Assembly: GCA_945878895.1 (NCBI GenBank)
Contig: CAMDVZ010000001.1
Coordinates: 1 to 58,218, forward strand
DNA: 58,218 bases
From: Caenispirillum bisanense
GTDB taxonomy: Bacteria; Pseudomonadota; Alphaproteobacteria; Reyranellales; Reyranellaceae
Direction: 5' to 3'
Below the pieces are notes generated by a model. The model did no database searches, was not told where the DNA came from, and was given only the letters and a program-made list of their open reading frames with translations. The translations under genes were made by a program, and so were the position numbers. Positions 29,216 to 37,878 of the stretch are shown piece after piece. Position 1 is the first letter of the stretch; each line of letters begins with the position of its first letter.

Positions 29216-29426
29216 GACCGGCGCACCATCGAAGCGCCGCGTTACAATTCGGCGCAGGATTCTATAAGAATTTGTGACGGCGACATGCTTTCGGTGGACC
29301 GCCGCCGGGGCGGTCGGGTTCGCGCTCCGGCGCGGCGCGAGCCACCGGCCGGCCGCCGCGAAACCGATGGCGGGATCGTCCGCGACCGCCCCGCCGCAGG
29401 CACCCCGAAAGGGCGGTGTTCCGAGC

Positions 29427-30692
29427 CTATGCCGGCAGCAGCTTCTGCACGTCGGCGGACATTTTCGCGAGCGTCGCCAGGGGCTCGGCTTTCTGCGCCA
29501 CGACCGATTGCAGATGGTCCTTGATGACGTCGGTGATCTTCAGCCCGTTCTCCCCGGGAAACGCGTACCAACCGGTCGCCTTGGGCAACTGCTTCATGGC
29601 GACGACGTGATTGGGATTGGCGGCGTAGAAGTCCTTCAGCATCGCAGGATCGTCCGCGACCTTCAGCGCCGAGGGGAAGTACCCGGTGGCTTTGACCATC
29701 ATCGTGGCGCCCACCGGACCGGTCGCGAACTTGATGTAGTCCCAGGCCGCCTTTTGCTTCGCCGGATCCTTGGCGAACAGCATGGCGGTGTTGCCGCCCA
29801 TCGGCAGGCGGCCGTTCGCCGTGATCGGGAACGCCGCGGTCCGGAGCTTGAACTTGTCCGCGACCTGCTTCGTGACGCCGCCGAGCCGCGACGTGGAGTG
29901 ACCCCAGAGTCCCATGCTGCCCGAGGTGAAATCCTGCAGCGCCACCGACTGCGCGACGTCCCTCATCGTGCCTTCCTTGACCATGCGCGAGAGCGTCGAG
30001 ATCGCCTGCTTGCCGGCCTCGGAGTCGAAGGCGACCTTCTTTTCGTCGTCGGTCAGCATCGTGCCGCCGTAGCTGAAGACAAGCGCCTGGAACATCCAGT
30101 TGCCGGTGATGTCCCAGTCGAAGTGGAAGCCTTGCGCGCCGCCGCCGAGCGCCTTTATCTTGCGCGCCAGATCGAACAGGCCGTCCCACGTCGTCGTCGG
30201 CGCGTCGGTATTGGCGCCCGCCTTGGCCGCGAGGTCGGCATTCAGGTAGATGATCGGCGTCGAGAGCGAGAAGCCGATCCCGTACTGCTTGCCCTTGACC
30301 TTGCCGATGTCGAGCAGACCCGGCGCGTGGCCGAATTCCCTGAATTGCGCGTCGGAAGCGACGAAACCGTCGAGCGGCTGCGCGATGCCCCGGTCGACGA
30401 AGATGCGCTGGCGGTTCAGGCCGTGGTAGGCGACGTCGGGCAGCGTGTTGGCGACGGCGGCCCGCAGGATGCTCTGGGTGATTTCCTCGTAACCCGGCTG
30501 CGGCGCGCGAAAGGTGATCTTGTATTGCGGATTCGCCTTCGTGAACTCGCGCGCGATCTCCTCGTGCAGCGTCTTGAACAGGTCCGGAATGGAGTACTCG
30601 ACGACGATCTCGGTGGTCGATTGCGCGATGGCGGGCGCGGCGACCAGGGCGGTCGTGGCGGCGAGCGAGGTGACGAGGTCGCGTCTCAGCAT
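29427..30692 (-). CDS. ABC transporter substrate-binding protein (family 1, UgpB/sugar-type)
   Basis: Signal peptide (LAATTALVAAPAIAQS). A 421-aa family-1 SBP layout, and the last gene of an ATPase-permease-permease-SBP string. Confidence 0.8.
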   Translation of the reverse strand: MLRRDLVTSLAATTALVAAPAIAQSTTEIVVEYSIPDLFKTLHEEIAREFTKANPQYKITFRAPQPGYEEITQSILRAAVANTLPDVAYHGLNRQRIFVDRGIAQPLDGFVASDAQFREFGHAPGLLDIGKVKGKQYGIGFSLSTPIIYLNADLAAKAGANTDAPTTTWDGLFDLARKIKALGGGAQGFHFDWDITGNWMFQALVFSYGGTMLTDDEKKVAFDSEAGKQAISTLSRMVKEGTMRDVAQSVALQDFTSGSMGLWGHSTSRLGGVTKQVADKFKLRTAAFPITANGRLPMGGNTAMLFAKDPAKQKAAWDYIKFATGPVGATMMVKATGYFPSALKVADDPAMLKDFYAANPNHVVAMKQLPKATGWYAFPGENGLKITDVIKDHLQSVVAQKAEPLATLAKMSADVQKLLPA

Positions 30693-30711
30693 GATTGTCT
30701 CCGGTTGAGGT

Positions 30712-31548
30712 CTACTTGATGCCCGAGAGCGTCATGCCCTCGATGAACCGCCGTTGCGCGGCGAGAAAAAACAGGACCAGCGGCGCGGTGATGACGACGA
30801 CACCCGCCATCAGCGGGCCGTAGTCGATACCGGCCTCGGTGTTGCGCAGATAGACGGTGCCGAGCGCCGGCATCGCCATGTCGGGACTGGTCACGATCAG
30901 CAACGGCCAGAAATAGTCGTTCCAGTGCACGACGACCGAGAGGATCCCGAACGCCGTCAGCGCCGGAACGGCGGTCGGCAGCATGATCCGCCACACGATG
31001 CCGAACTCGGACATGCCGTCCAGCCGGGCGGCGTGGACCAGATCGTCGGGCACGGTCAGGAAGAACTGGCGGATCCAGAAGATGCCGAACACCGAGATGA
31101 CCGACGGCATCACGAGCCCGGCGTAGGAGTTCAGCAGCCCGACCTTGCTCAGCATGATGTAGTGCGGAATGGCCGGCACGTGCGCCGGGATCAGCAGTCC
31201 GAACAGCACGAGGGAGAACAACACTTTCGATCCGGCGAAACGCAGCTTCGCCAGCGCGTAGGCGGCCGGCACTGCGACCGCGATCTGCAGCACGAGAATG
31301 GTCGCCGTGACGACGACGCCGTTCAGCAGGTAACGAAGCAGCGGCACCTTCTCGAACGCGGCGAGGTAGTTCCGCACGGCGTCCCACTTGCGCGGAACCA
31401 GATGGAGCTCCTGGGTGAAGATGTCGTCGGGAGCCCGCAGCGAGAGCGACAGCATCCACACGAACGGCGCCAGCATGACGATGGCGCCCGCCATCAGCGC
31501 CGCGTGGCGACCCGCTTCCGCGGCGAGCGAGGGTCGGAGGGCAATCAC
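30712..31548 (-). CDS. ABC transporter permease (UgpE/carbohydrate type)
   Basis: GTG 31548 overlaps the upstream stop (GTGA). EAA loop HAARLDGMSEFGIVWRIMLP is present. Confidence 0.85.
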   Translation of the reverse strand: MIALRPSLAAEAGRHAALMAGAIVMLAPFVWMLSLSLRAPDDIFTQELHLVPRKWDAVRNYLAAFEKVPLLRYLLNGVVVTATILVLQIAVAVPAAYALAKLRFAGSKVLFSLVLFGLLIPAHVPAIPHYIMLSKVGLLNSYAGLVMPSVISVFGIFWIRQFFLTVPDDLVHAARLDGMSEFGIVWRIMLPTAVPALTAFGILSVVVHWNDYFWPLLIVTSPDMAMPALGTVYLRNTEAGIDYGPLMAGVVVITAPLVLFFLAAQRRFIEGMTLSGIK

Positions 31549-32477
31549 GAGTAGTGCACCCGCCGCTCGGCGAGCCGCACTTTGAGCAGCGTGAGCAGCA
31601 GGACGAACGTCAGGAAAACGACCGTGATCGCCGCCCCGTAGCCCGCCCGGAAGAAGCCGAAGCCTTCCTGGTACATCGTGTAGAGCAGCACTTCGGTCGC
31701 CTTGTTGGGACCGCCCTCGGTGAGCACAGCCACCGTGTCGAACACCTGAAAGCTGCGGATCGACGAGATGATCAGCACGAACAGCGTCGAAGGTCCAAGC
31801 ATCGGCCACGTGACCGTCGTGAAGCGGCTCCACCATCCGTCGGCGCCGTCGATGGAGGCCGCCTCGTGCAGATCCCGGGGGATGGACTTCAGACCGGCGA
31901 GAAACAGGATCATGTTCAGCCCCAGCATCTGCCAGACGCCGATCGCGGCGAGCGTAGGCAGGGCCAGCGCGGGGTCCTTGAGCCAGTTGTGTTTGCCGAG
32001 GCCAGCTGCGTCGAAAACCAGATTGATGAAGCCGATGCTCGGATGCAGCATGATCTCCCACACCGTCGCCATCGCGATCAGCGTGGCCGTCACCGGCAGA
32101 AAGAACGCGGCCCGGTAGAACGCCCGCAAACCAGTGCCAGCCTCGATCAGCAGCGCGACGACCAGACCGAGAACGACGGAGGCGGGAACCACCATCGAGA
32201 CGTAGAGCAGCGTATTGGTCAGCGACTTGCGGAACACCTCGTCGCCGAGAAGCGCCCCGTAGTTGTCGGCGCCGACCCAGTTGAGCGACGCCGCGCCGAA
32301 CTGCCAGTCGGTGAACGACAGGACGACCGTCGCGACCGTCGGCAGGACGAGAATGCCAAGCAACAGGATCGTCGCCGGCGCGACCAGGCCGTACGCCGCC
32401 AGCGCCTCGGTCCGCGCTGGCGTCTTCCGCGCGATATTCTCAGCGCCGGGCGTGCCGGCGATGGCGGCGAGGGTCAT
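31545..32477 (-). CDS. ABC transporter permease (UgpA/carbohydrate type)
   Basis: ATG 32475-32477 overlaps the ATPase stop. EAA loop EAASIDGADGWWSRFTTVTWP is present. Confidence 0.85.
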   Translation of the reverse strand: MTLAAIAGTPGAENIARKTPARTEALAAYGLVAPATILLLGILVLPTVATVVLSFTDWQFGAASLNWVGADNYGALLGDEVFRKSLTNTLLYVSMVVPASVVLGLVVALLIEAGTGLRAFYRAAFFLPVTATLIAMATVWEIMLHPSIGFINLVFDAAGLGKHNWLKDPALALPTLAAIGVWQMLGLNMILFLAGLKSIPRDLHEAASIDGADGWWSRFTTVTWPMLGPSTLFVLIISSIRSFQVFDTVAVLTEGGPNKATEVLLYTMYQEGFGFFRAGYGAAITVVFLTFVLLLTLLKVRLAERRVHYS

Positions 32478-33622
32478 GGCCTCGCCTCGATGCGGCGCCC
32501 GTCGGGCGCGAACAGCAGGATACGGGCCAGGATCGGCCGGACGCGGACGGGTTGGCCTCGCGCGAGACCGTAACCGCCGTCCGGCGTCACGCGGACGATC
32601 ACCGGTTGGGCCGATCCTCGGCACGCGACGTGAACGAACACGTCCGCGCCCAGATTCTCGACCTGCCGGATTTCGCCGGGCAGGCCTTCGCCGTTGGCGT
32701 CGGACGCCGGCGCGATGTCGGCGTGCTCGGCGCGGAACGCGACGGTGAGAGAGGCGCCCGCCAGAAGTCCCGAGTTGAGCGGAAAGGCGATGCCGCCGGC
32801 CTCGACCATCCCGCCCTCCCGGGCTATCCCGTCGAGCGTGTTGATGCGCGGGCTGCCGATGAACACGGCGACGCGTAGATCGGCCGGCGAATCGTAGATC
32901 GTCCCTGGCGACGCTACCTGCAGCAGCCGTCCACCCATCATGACGGCGATGCGGTCCGACATCGTCATGGCTTCGGACTGGTCGTGCGTGACGTATACGA
33001 AAGTTGTCCGGAGCCTCCGGTGCAGATCGGCGATCTCCGCCCGCGCCTGGACGCGCAAGGCGGCATCCAGATTGCTGAGCGGCTCGTCCATCAGGAAGGC
33101 GCGGGGTTGGCGCACCATCGCCCGGGCGAGCGCGACGCGTTGACGCTGGCCGCCGGAGAGCTGGGAGGGCTTGCGGTCCAGCAGCGGCTCGATTTCGAGG
33201 GCGTCGGCGGCCCGACGCACGTCGGCGTCGATCTCGGCCCGGCGCTCGCGCACCGACCGCACGACGGCGCCGACGAGCGGAAGGCGCTGCCAGGGACGCA
33301 ACCGACGCATGGTCAGGGGCACGGCGATATTCTGGGCCACCGTCATGTGCGGATAGAGTGCGTAGCTCTGAAAGACCATGGCGACGTCGCGTTCGCGCGG
33401 ACGGAGGTGATCGACCGGCCGACCTCCGATCGAGACTTCGCCGCTGTCGTGCGTCTCCAGGCCAGCGACGATCCGTAACAACGTGCTCTTTCCGCAACCC
33501 GACGGACCCAACAGCGTCAGGAATTCGACTTCGCCGACGTCGAGCGAGACGTCGCTCAGGACGCTGGTGGCGCCGAACGTCTTGTTGATGGATCGCAAGG
33601 TGACGCCAGACATCGAACTCAC
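32474..33622 (-). CDS. ABC transporter ATP-binding protein (UgpC/MalK type)
   Basis: Contains [38 protein letters not shown] and a C-terminal TOBE-like domain. The start is GTG 33622 or ATG 33613. Confidence 0.88.
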   Translation of the reverse strand: MSSMSGVTLRSINKTFGATSVLSDVSLDVGEVEFLTLLGPSGCGKSTLLRIVAGLETHDSGEVSIGGRPVDHLRPRERDVAMVFQSYALYPHMTVAQNIAVPLTMRRLRPWQRLPLVGAVVRSVRERRAEIDADVRRAADALEIEPLLDRKPSQLSGGQRQRVALARAMVRQPRAFLMDEPLSNLDAALRVQARAEIADLHRRLRTTFVYVTHDQSEAMTMSDRIAVMMGGRLLQVASPGTIYDSPADLRVAVFIGSPRINTLDGIAREGGMVEAGGIAFPLNSGLLAGASLTVAFRAEHADIAPASDANGEGLPGEIRQVENLGADVFVHVACRGSAQPVIVRVTPDGGYGLARGQPVRVRPILARILLFAPDGRRIEARP

Positions 33623-33670
33623 TGCGTGGGACGGCCTGGCCGCAACATAGTGGGATGCGGTGTCCGCGAC

Positions 33671-33699
33671 GTTACATCGTCGTGACTCTTGCGCGACGG
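33671..33699 (-). promoter_or_regulatory. Pho-box-like array for the minus-strand ABC/phnG-N operon
   Basis: Minus-strand reading CCGTCGC-gcaa-GAGTCAC-gacg-ATGTAAC, with 7-bp units at 11-bp phasing. It lies 49-77 nt upstream of the ATPase start. Confidence 0.3.
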
Positions 33700-33766
33700 T
33701 GCCGGGATGTCCGTGGATGCCGGTGCAACGACGCCGCGAGGCGATTCATTCACACGTCCCCACCCG

Positions 33767-33795
33767 CCGTCACGGAACTGTCTTTGGTCTGAAGC
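33767..33795 (+). promoter_or_regulatory. Pho-box-like array for the plus-strand ABC/gpdQ/PMH operon
   Basis: CCGTCAC-ggaa-CTGTCTT-tggt-CTGAAGC at 11-bp phasing, 36-64 nt upstream of the ATG at 33831. Confidence 0.35.
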
Positions 33796-33830
33796 TTTGG
33801 TGTCGCCGTCCAGGCTGAAAAGCCTCCGCC

Positions 33831-34781
33831 ATGACGATGGCCAGTCTCCAACACGCCGACCCGGCTGCCGGGGCACCCACGCGAGGTGCGACGGTCCGGC
33901 CGGCTTTCGTGCGACGGGGCTGGTGGCTACCGTACGCGCTGCTCGCGCCGTCGATCGTGTTTCTGGTGCTGTTCACATACTTGCCGATCGTGCGCGTCGC
34001 GGTGGATGCGCTGCGCGAGGTCCCGCACGCGGGTGGCCCGTCGCGTTTCGTTGGTTTGGCGAACTTTTCCGCAGTTCTGGGTGATCCGGCATTCATCAAG
34101 GCCGCGACGAACAATCTGATCTACGCGGTCGGGACGGTCGTGCCCACGATCTTGCTGGCGCTGCTGTTCGCGCTGGCGGTACGCCGCTCGAACGCCTTCA
34201 CCGCCGTTCTACGTGTTGTCCTTTTCTTCCCGTCGCTCGTTCCCCTAGTGGCGGCGGCCTCGCTCTTTTTCTTCATCTTCCTGCCGCACCTGGGGTTGCT
34301 CGACCACTACCTGCGCATGGTCGGCCTCCGGGGGCCGAACTGGCTCGGCGACAGCGACGTGGCGCTGTGGTCGATCATGGGAATCACGGTGTGGAAGAAC
34401 GCCGGCTACTACATGCTCTTCTACATCGCCGGTCTGCAGAACGTGCCGCGGGACACTATAGAGGCCGCGATGATCGACGGCGCCAACGGCCTGCAACGGC
34501 TGTGGTACGTGCTGTTGCCGGCGCTCGCGCCGACGACGGCGTTCGTGGTTGTCATCGCGCTGGTCAACGTGCTGACAAGCGTCGATCACGTGGTGGTGTT
34601 GACGCGAGGCGGGCCGACCAACGCCACCAATCTCGTCCTCTATTACATTTTCCAGGAAGCCCACGAGAACTTCAATTATGGCAAGGCCGCGGCGGCCACG
34701 CTGATGAGCGTCGCCGTGCTTCTGGCGATATCGCTGGGATCGGTCCGCGCTATGGAACGGGGAGGCCGCGGTGTGGCGTGA
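33831..34781 (+). CDS. ABC transporter permease (UgpA/carbohydrate type)
   Basis: Full ORF with EAA loop EAAMIDGANGLQRLWYVLLP. Confidence 0.85.
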   Translation: MTMASLQHADPAAGAPTRGATVRPAFVRRGWWLPYALLAPSIVFLVLFTYLPIVRVAVDALREVPHAGGPSRFVGLANFSAVLGDPAFIKAATNNLIYAVGTVVPTILLALLFALAVRRSNAFTAVLRVVLFFPSLVPLVAAASLFFFIFLPHLGLLDHYLRMVGLRGPNWLGDSDVALWSIMGITVWKNAGYYMLFYIAGLQNVPRDTIEAAMIDGANGLQRLWYVLLPALAPTTAFVVVIALVNVLTSVDHVVVLTRGGPTNATNLVLYYIFQEAHENFNYGKAAAATLMSVAVLLAISLGSVRAMERGGRGVA

Positions 34782-35607
34782 CCGCGGACTCGCTCCGATG
34801 CTGCTCGCGACCCTGGTCGCGGCGGTGGCTTTCGTGTGGGCGGCACCCTTCGTCTGGACCGTCGTGGCGGCGTTCCGTCCGGACGGCGCCGGAAGTGTCG
34901 GAATGGCGTCGCTGGTGCCCGACCTCAACCCGACCCTCTCGAACTTCCGCAACGCCCTCGATAGCGGCTCGTTCGGTCTCTACTATTTCAACACCGCGCT
35001 GGTCGTGTCCGGGGTGCTCGCCGTCCAGTGCGTGACGATCAGCCTCGCGGGGTACGCTTTCGCGCGCCTGACGTTTCCCGGCCGGGACGTACTCTTCTAC
35101 GCCTTCCTCCTCCAGCTGATGCTGGTGCCTCCGGCCCTGATCGTGCCGAACCTGCGCACCATCGTGGATCTCGGTCTCTACGACAGCCTCGCCGGAGCCA
35201 TGGCGCCATACTTCGCTTCGGCGTTTGGCACCTTTCTGATGCGCCAGACGTTCCTCGCCATTCCCCGCGACTTCGAGGAAGCCGCGAGCATGGATGGCGC
35301 GCCGTGGTGGGCGATCGTCTGGTACGTGCTGCTGCCGATGGCGCGGCCAGGACTTGTCGCGTTCGCCATTGTCTCCGTGACCGCCCACTGGAACGAATTC
35401 CTGTGGCCGCTGATGGTCATCAACGATCCGTCCAACCACACGCTGACCATCGGGCTCGCGGCGTTCACGCGCGGCGCGGAGGGCGGCAAGGAATGGGGCG
35501 TGCTGGCGGCGGGCACGCTGCTCGTCGTGGCGCCCTTGGCGCTCGCGTTCGTCGCGTTCCAGCGGCGCTTCGTGGACAGCTTCGTATTCAGCGGAATCAA
35601 GGGTTAG
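34771..35607 (+). CDS. ABC transporter permease (UgpE/carbohydrate type)
   Basis: Full ORF (GTG start, with the ATG at 34798 as an alternative) and EAA loop EAASMDGAPWWAIVWYVLLP. Confidence 0.85.
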   Translation: MWRDRGLAPMLLATLVAAVAFVWAAPFVWTVVAAFRPDGAGSVGMASLVPDLNPTLSNFRNALDSGSFGLYYFNTALVVSGVLAVQCVTISLAGYAFARLTFPGRDVLFYAFLLQLMLVPPALIVPNLRTIVDLGLYDSLAGAMAPYFASAFGTFLMRQTFLAIPRDFEEAASMDGAPWWAIVWYVLLPMARPGLVAFAIVSVTAHWNEFLWPLMVINDPSNHTLTIGLAAFTRGAEGGKEWGVLAAGTLLVVAPLALAFVAFQRRFVDSFVFSGIKG

Positions 35608-35617
35608 GAGACTGGCG

Positions 35618-36940
35618 ATGAAGAGCACGAGACGTTGGACGATGGCGGCCATCGCGCTGGCCACCGGCGCGGGGTTCGCCGGCGAGCCGCTGGCGCAGAC
35701 GAAGATCGACTTCTTCTTTCCGGTTCCGGTCGAGGGCAAGCTGGCGCGCGAGATGACGCGCCTGGTGCGCGTCTACAACGACAGCCAGAAGGAAGTCGAG
35801 GTCACCGCCGTGTACACCGGCGGATACGACGACACCAAGCTCAAGGCCCAGGCCGCGGCCAAGGCGGGCAAGCCGCCCGCCGTCGTGCTGATGAGCGCGA
35901 ACTTCAACGTCGACCTGAAGCTGTCGGGCGACATCATGTCGCTCGAACCGTTCCTGAAGGCCGGCGGCGCTACGCGCGAGAAGTTCCTCGGCGACTTCTG
36001 GCCCGCGTTGCATGCCAACGCCACGGTCGACGGCGAGTTGTACGGCGTTCCGTTCCACAACTCGACGCCGTTGCTCTACTACAACGTAGATCACTTCAAG
36101 CAGGCCGGTCTCGATCCCGCCAGACCGCCGCAGACCTGGGCCGAGCTTGCCGACGCCGCGAAGAAGCTCACGAAGCGCGACGGCGACAAGATCGAGCGCT
36201 ACGGCTTCCAGATGCCGGGCGGCTACGATTACCTCGGATGGCTGATGAGCGCGCTGTCGATGTCGAACGGCGGTCGCTACTTCAACCAGGATTTCGGCGG
36301 CGAGGTTTACTACGATTCGCCCTCGATGCTGGGTGCGGTCCGCTTCGTCGACGACCTGATCCACAAGCACAAGGTGATGCCCCCGGGTGTCGTCGAGGCC
36401 GGCGGCGTGTCGACGGCGTTCTTCGCCGGCAACGCCTCGATGGTGCTGCTCTCGACCGGATCGTTGTCGTTCATCCGCGAGAACATGAAGGCGCCGTACA
36501 ATGTCGGGTTCGTGCCACGCAACGTGCGCAACGCGGTGCCGATCGGCGGTGCTTCGCTGGTGATGTTCAAGGGCCAGAGCGAAGCCAGCCAGCAGGCCGG
36601 CTGGAAGTTCATTACGTGGCTTTCGTCGACCGAGACGCTGGGCGGCTGGAGCCGGTTCACCGGCTACTTCGCGCCGCGCCGTTCCAGCTACGACACCGCC
36701 GAAATGAAGGAGTTCATCGCCAGGAACCCCGACGCCAAGGTGGCGCTCGACCAGCTTCCCTTCGCCCAGCCCTGGTTCTCCACCTACCAGACGGTGGCGG
36801 TCCGCAAGGCTCTGGAAGACGAGGTCCAGGCGGTGATGAACGGGAAGAAGAAGCCCGACGCGGCGGTGAAGGACGCCCAGAAGAAGGCCGACGAGTTGCT
36901 GCGGCCCTTCAACGACCAGACGTCGCTGAAGCTTCCCTGA
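35618..36940 (+). CDS. ABC transporter substrate-binding protein (family 1, UgpB-like)
   Basis: Signal peptide (MAAIALATGAGFAGEPLAQ) and a 440-aa family-1 SBP layout. Confidence 0.82.
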   Translation: MKSTRRWTMAAIALATGAGFAGEPLAQTKIDFFFPVPVEGKLAREMTRLVRVYNDSQKEVEVTAVYTGGYDDTKLKAQAAAKAGKPPAVVLMSANFNVDLKLSGDIMSLEPFLKAGGATREKFLGDFWPALHANATVDGELYGVPFHNSTPLLYYNVDHFKQAGLDPARPPQTWAELADAAKKLTKRDGDKIERYGFQMPGGYDYLGWLMSALSMSNGGRYFNQDFGGEVYYDSPSMLGAVRFVDDLIHKHKVMPPGVVEAGGVSTAFFAGNASMVLLSTGSLSFIRENMKAPYNVGFVPRNVRNAVPIGGASLVMFKGQSEASQQAGWKFITWLSSTETLGGWSRFTGYFAPRRSSYDTAEMKEFIARNPDAKVALDQLPFAQPWFSTYQTVAVRKALEDEVQAVMNGKKKPDAAVKDAQKKADELLRPFNDQTSLKLP

Positions 36941-37022
36941 TTCCGATCGCTCGCTTCCGTCCGGGCGCCGTCGCGTCCGGACGGGGGCGCACACCACCAC
37001 GCTCCCGTTTCGAGGCACGCCG

Positions 37023-37871
37023 ATGATCATCGCTCAAATCACCGACCTTCACGTCCGGCCGCGCGGCCGGGTAGCCTACGGCATCGTGGATACCAACGCC
37101 ATGCTGGCGGCCACCGTGTCGGCGATCGCCGCGCTGCCGCGGTGTCCGGACGTGGTGATCGCCACCGGCGATCTCACCGACTGCGGACTGGCGGAGGAAT
37201 ACGAGGTCCTGCGCGAGACGCTGCGGCCGCTGTCGATGCCGGTCTATCTGATCCCCGGCAACCACGACCGCCGGGCCGAAATGCGGACCGCCTTCGCCGC
37301 GGACGGCTACCTCCCGACCGGCGACGGCTTCCTGCACTACGTCGTCGAGGGTCATCCCGTACGTCTCATCGGCCTGGACACCGTCGTGCCGGGGTACGGC
37401 CATGGCGGGATGTGCGCAGAGCGCCTCGCCTGGCTCGACGCGCGCCTCGCGGAGGAGCCGGAGCGGCCCACGCTCGTCTTCATGCACCACCCGCCATTTC
37501 GGACGGGATTGCTCGACATGGACAACATCAATTGCCGCAACGGCGAGGCCATGGCCGACATCCTTCGCCGCCACGACAACATCGAACGCGTGGTGTGTGG
37601 TCACCACCATCGTCCGATCACGACCCGCTGGGGCGGAACGATCGGTTCGGTCGCGCCAAGCACGGCGCACCAGGTGACGCTCGATCTGGTGCCGCACGGC
37701 AACCCGGCGACGTTCACCATGGAGCCTCCGGGCTACCAGCTTCACGTCTGGACCCCGGACGCCGGGCTGGTCACGCACACGGCCTGCGTTGGTGCCTTTC
37801 CGGGTCCGTTCCCCTTCGTTCTGGACGCCGACTATCCGGGCGTTCGGGCCCCCACCACCAAGGCAGCGTAG
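37023..37871 (+). CDS. GpdQ-like binuclear metallophosphoesterase (glycerophosphodiester / promiscuous phosphodiesterase)
   Basis: Calcineurin-like motifs occur in order: ITDLH, GDLTDCG, GNHD, MHHPP and GHHH. The sequence is collinear with Enterobacter aerogenes GpdQ as I recall it (YLIPGNHD, FMHHPP). Confidence 0.78.
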   Translation: MIIAQITDLHVRPRGRVAYGIVDTNAMLAATVSAIAALPRCPDVVIATGDLTDCGLAEEYEVLRETLRPLSMPVYLIPGNHDRRAEMRTAFAADGYLPTGDGFLHYVVEGHPVRLIGLDTVVPGYGHGGMCAERLAWLDARLAEEPERPTLVFMHHPPFRTGLLDMDNINCRNGEAMADILRRHDNIERVVCGHHHRPITTRWGGTIGSVAPSTAHQVTLDLVPHGNPATFTMEPPGYQLHVWTPDAGLVTHTACVGAFPGPFPFVLDADYPGVRAPTTKAA

Positions 37872-37878
37872 CAAGACG

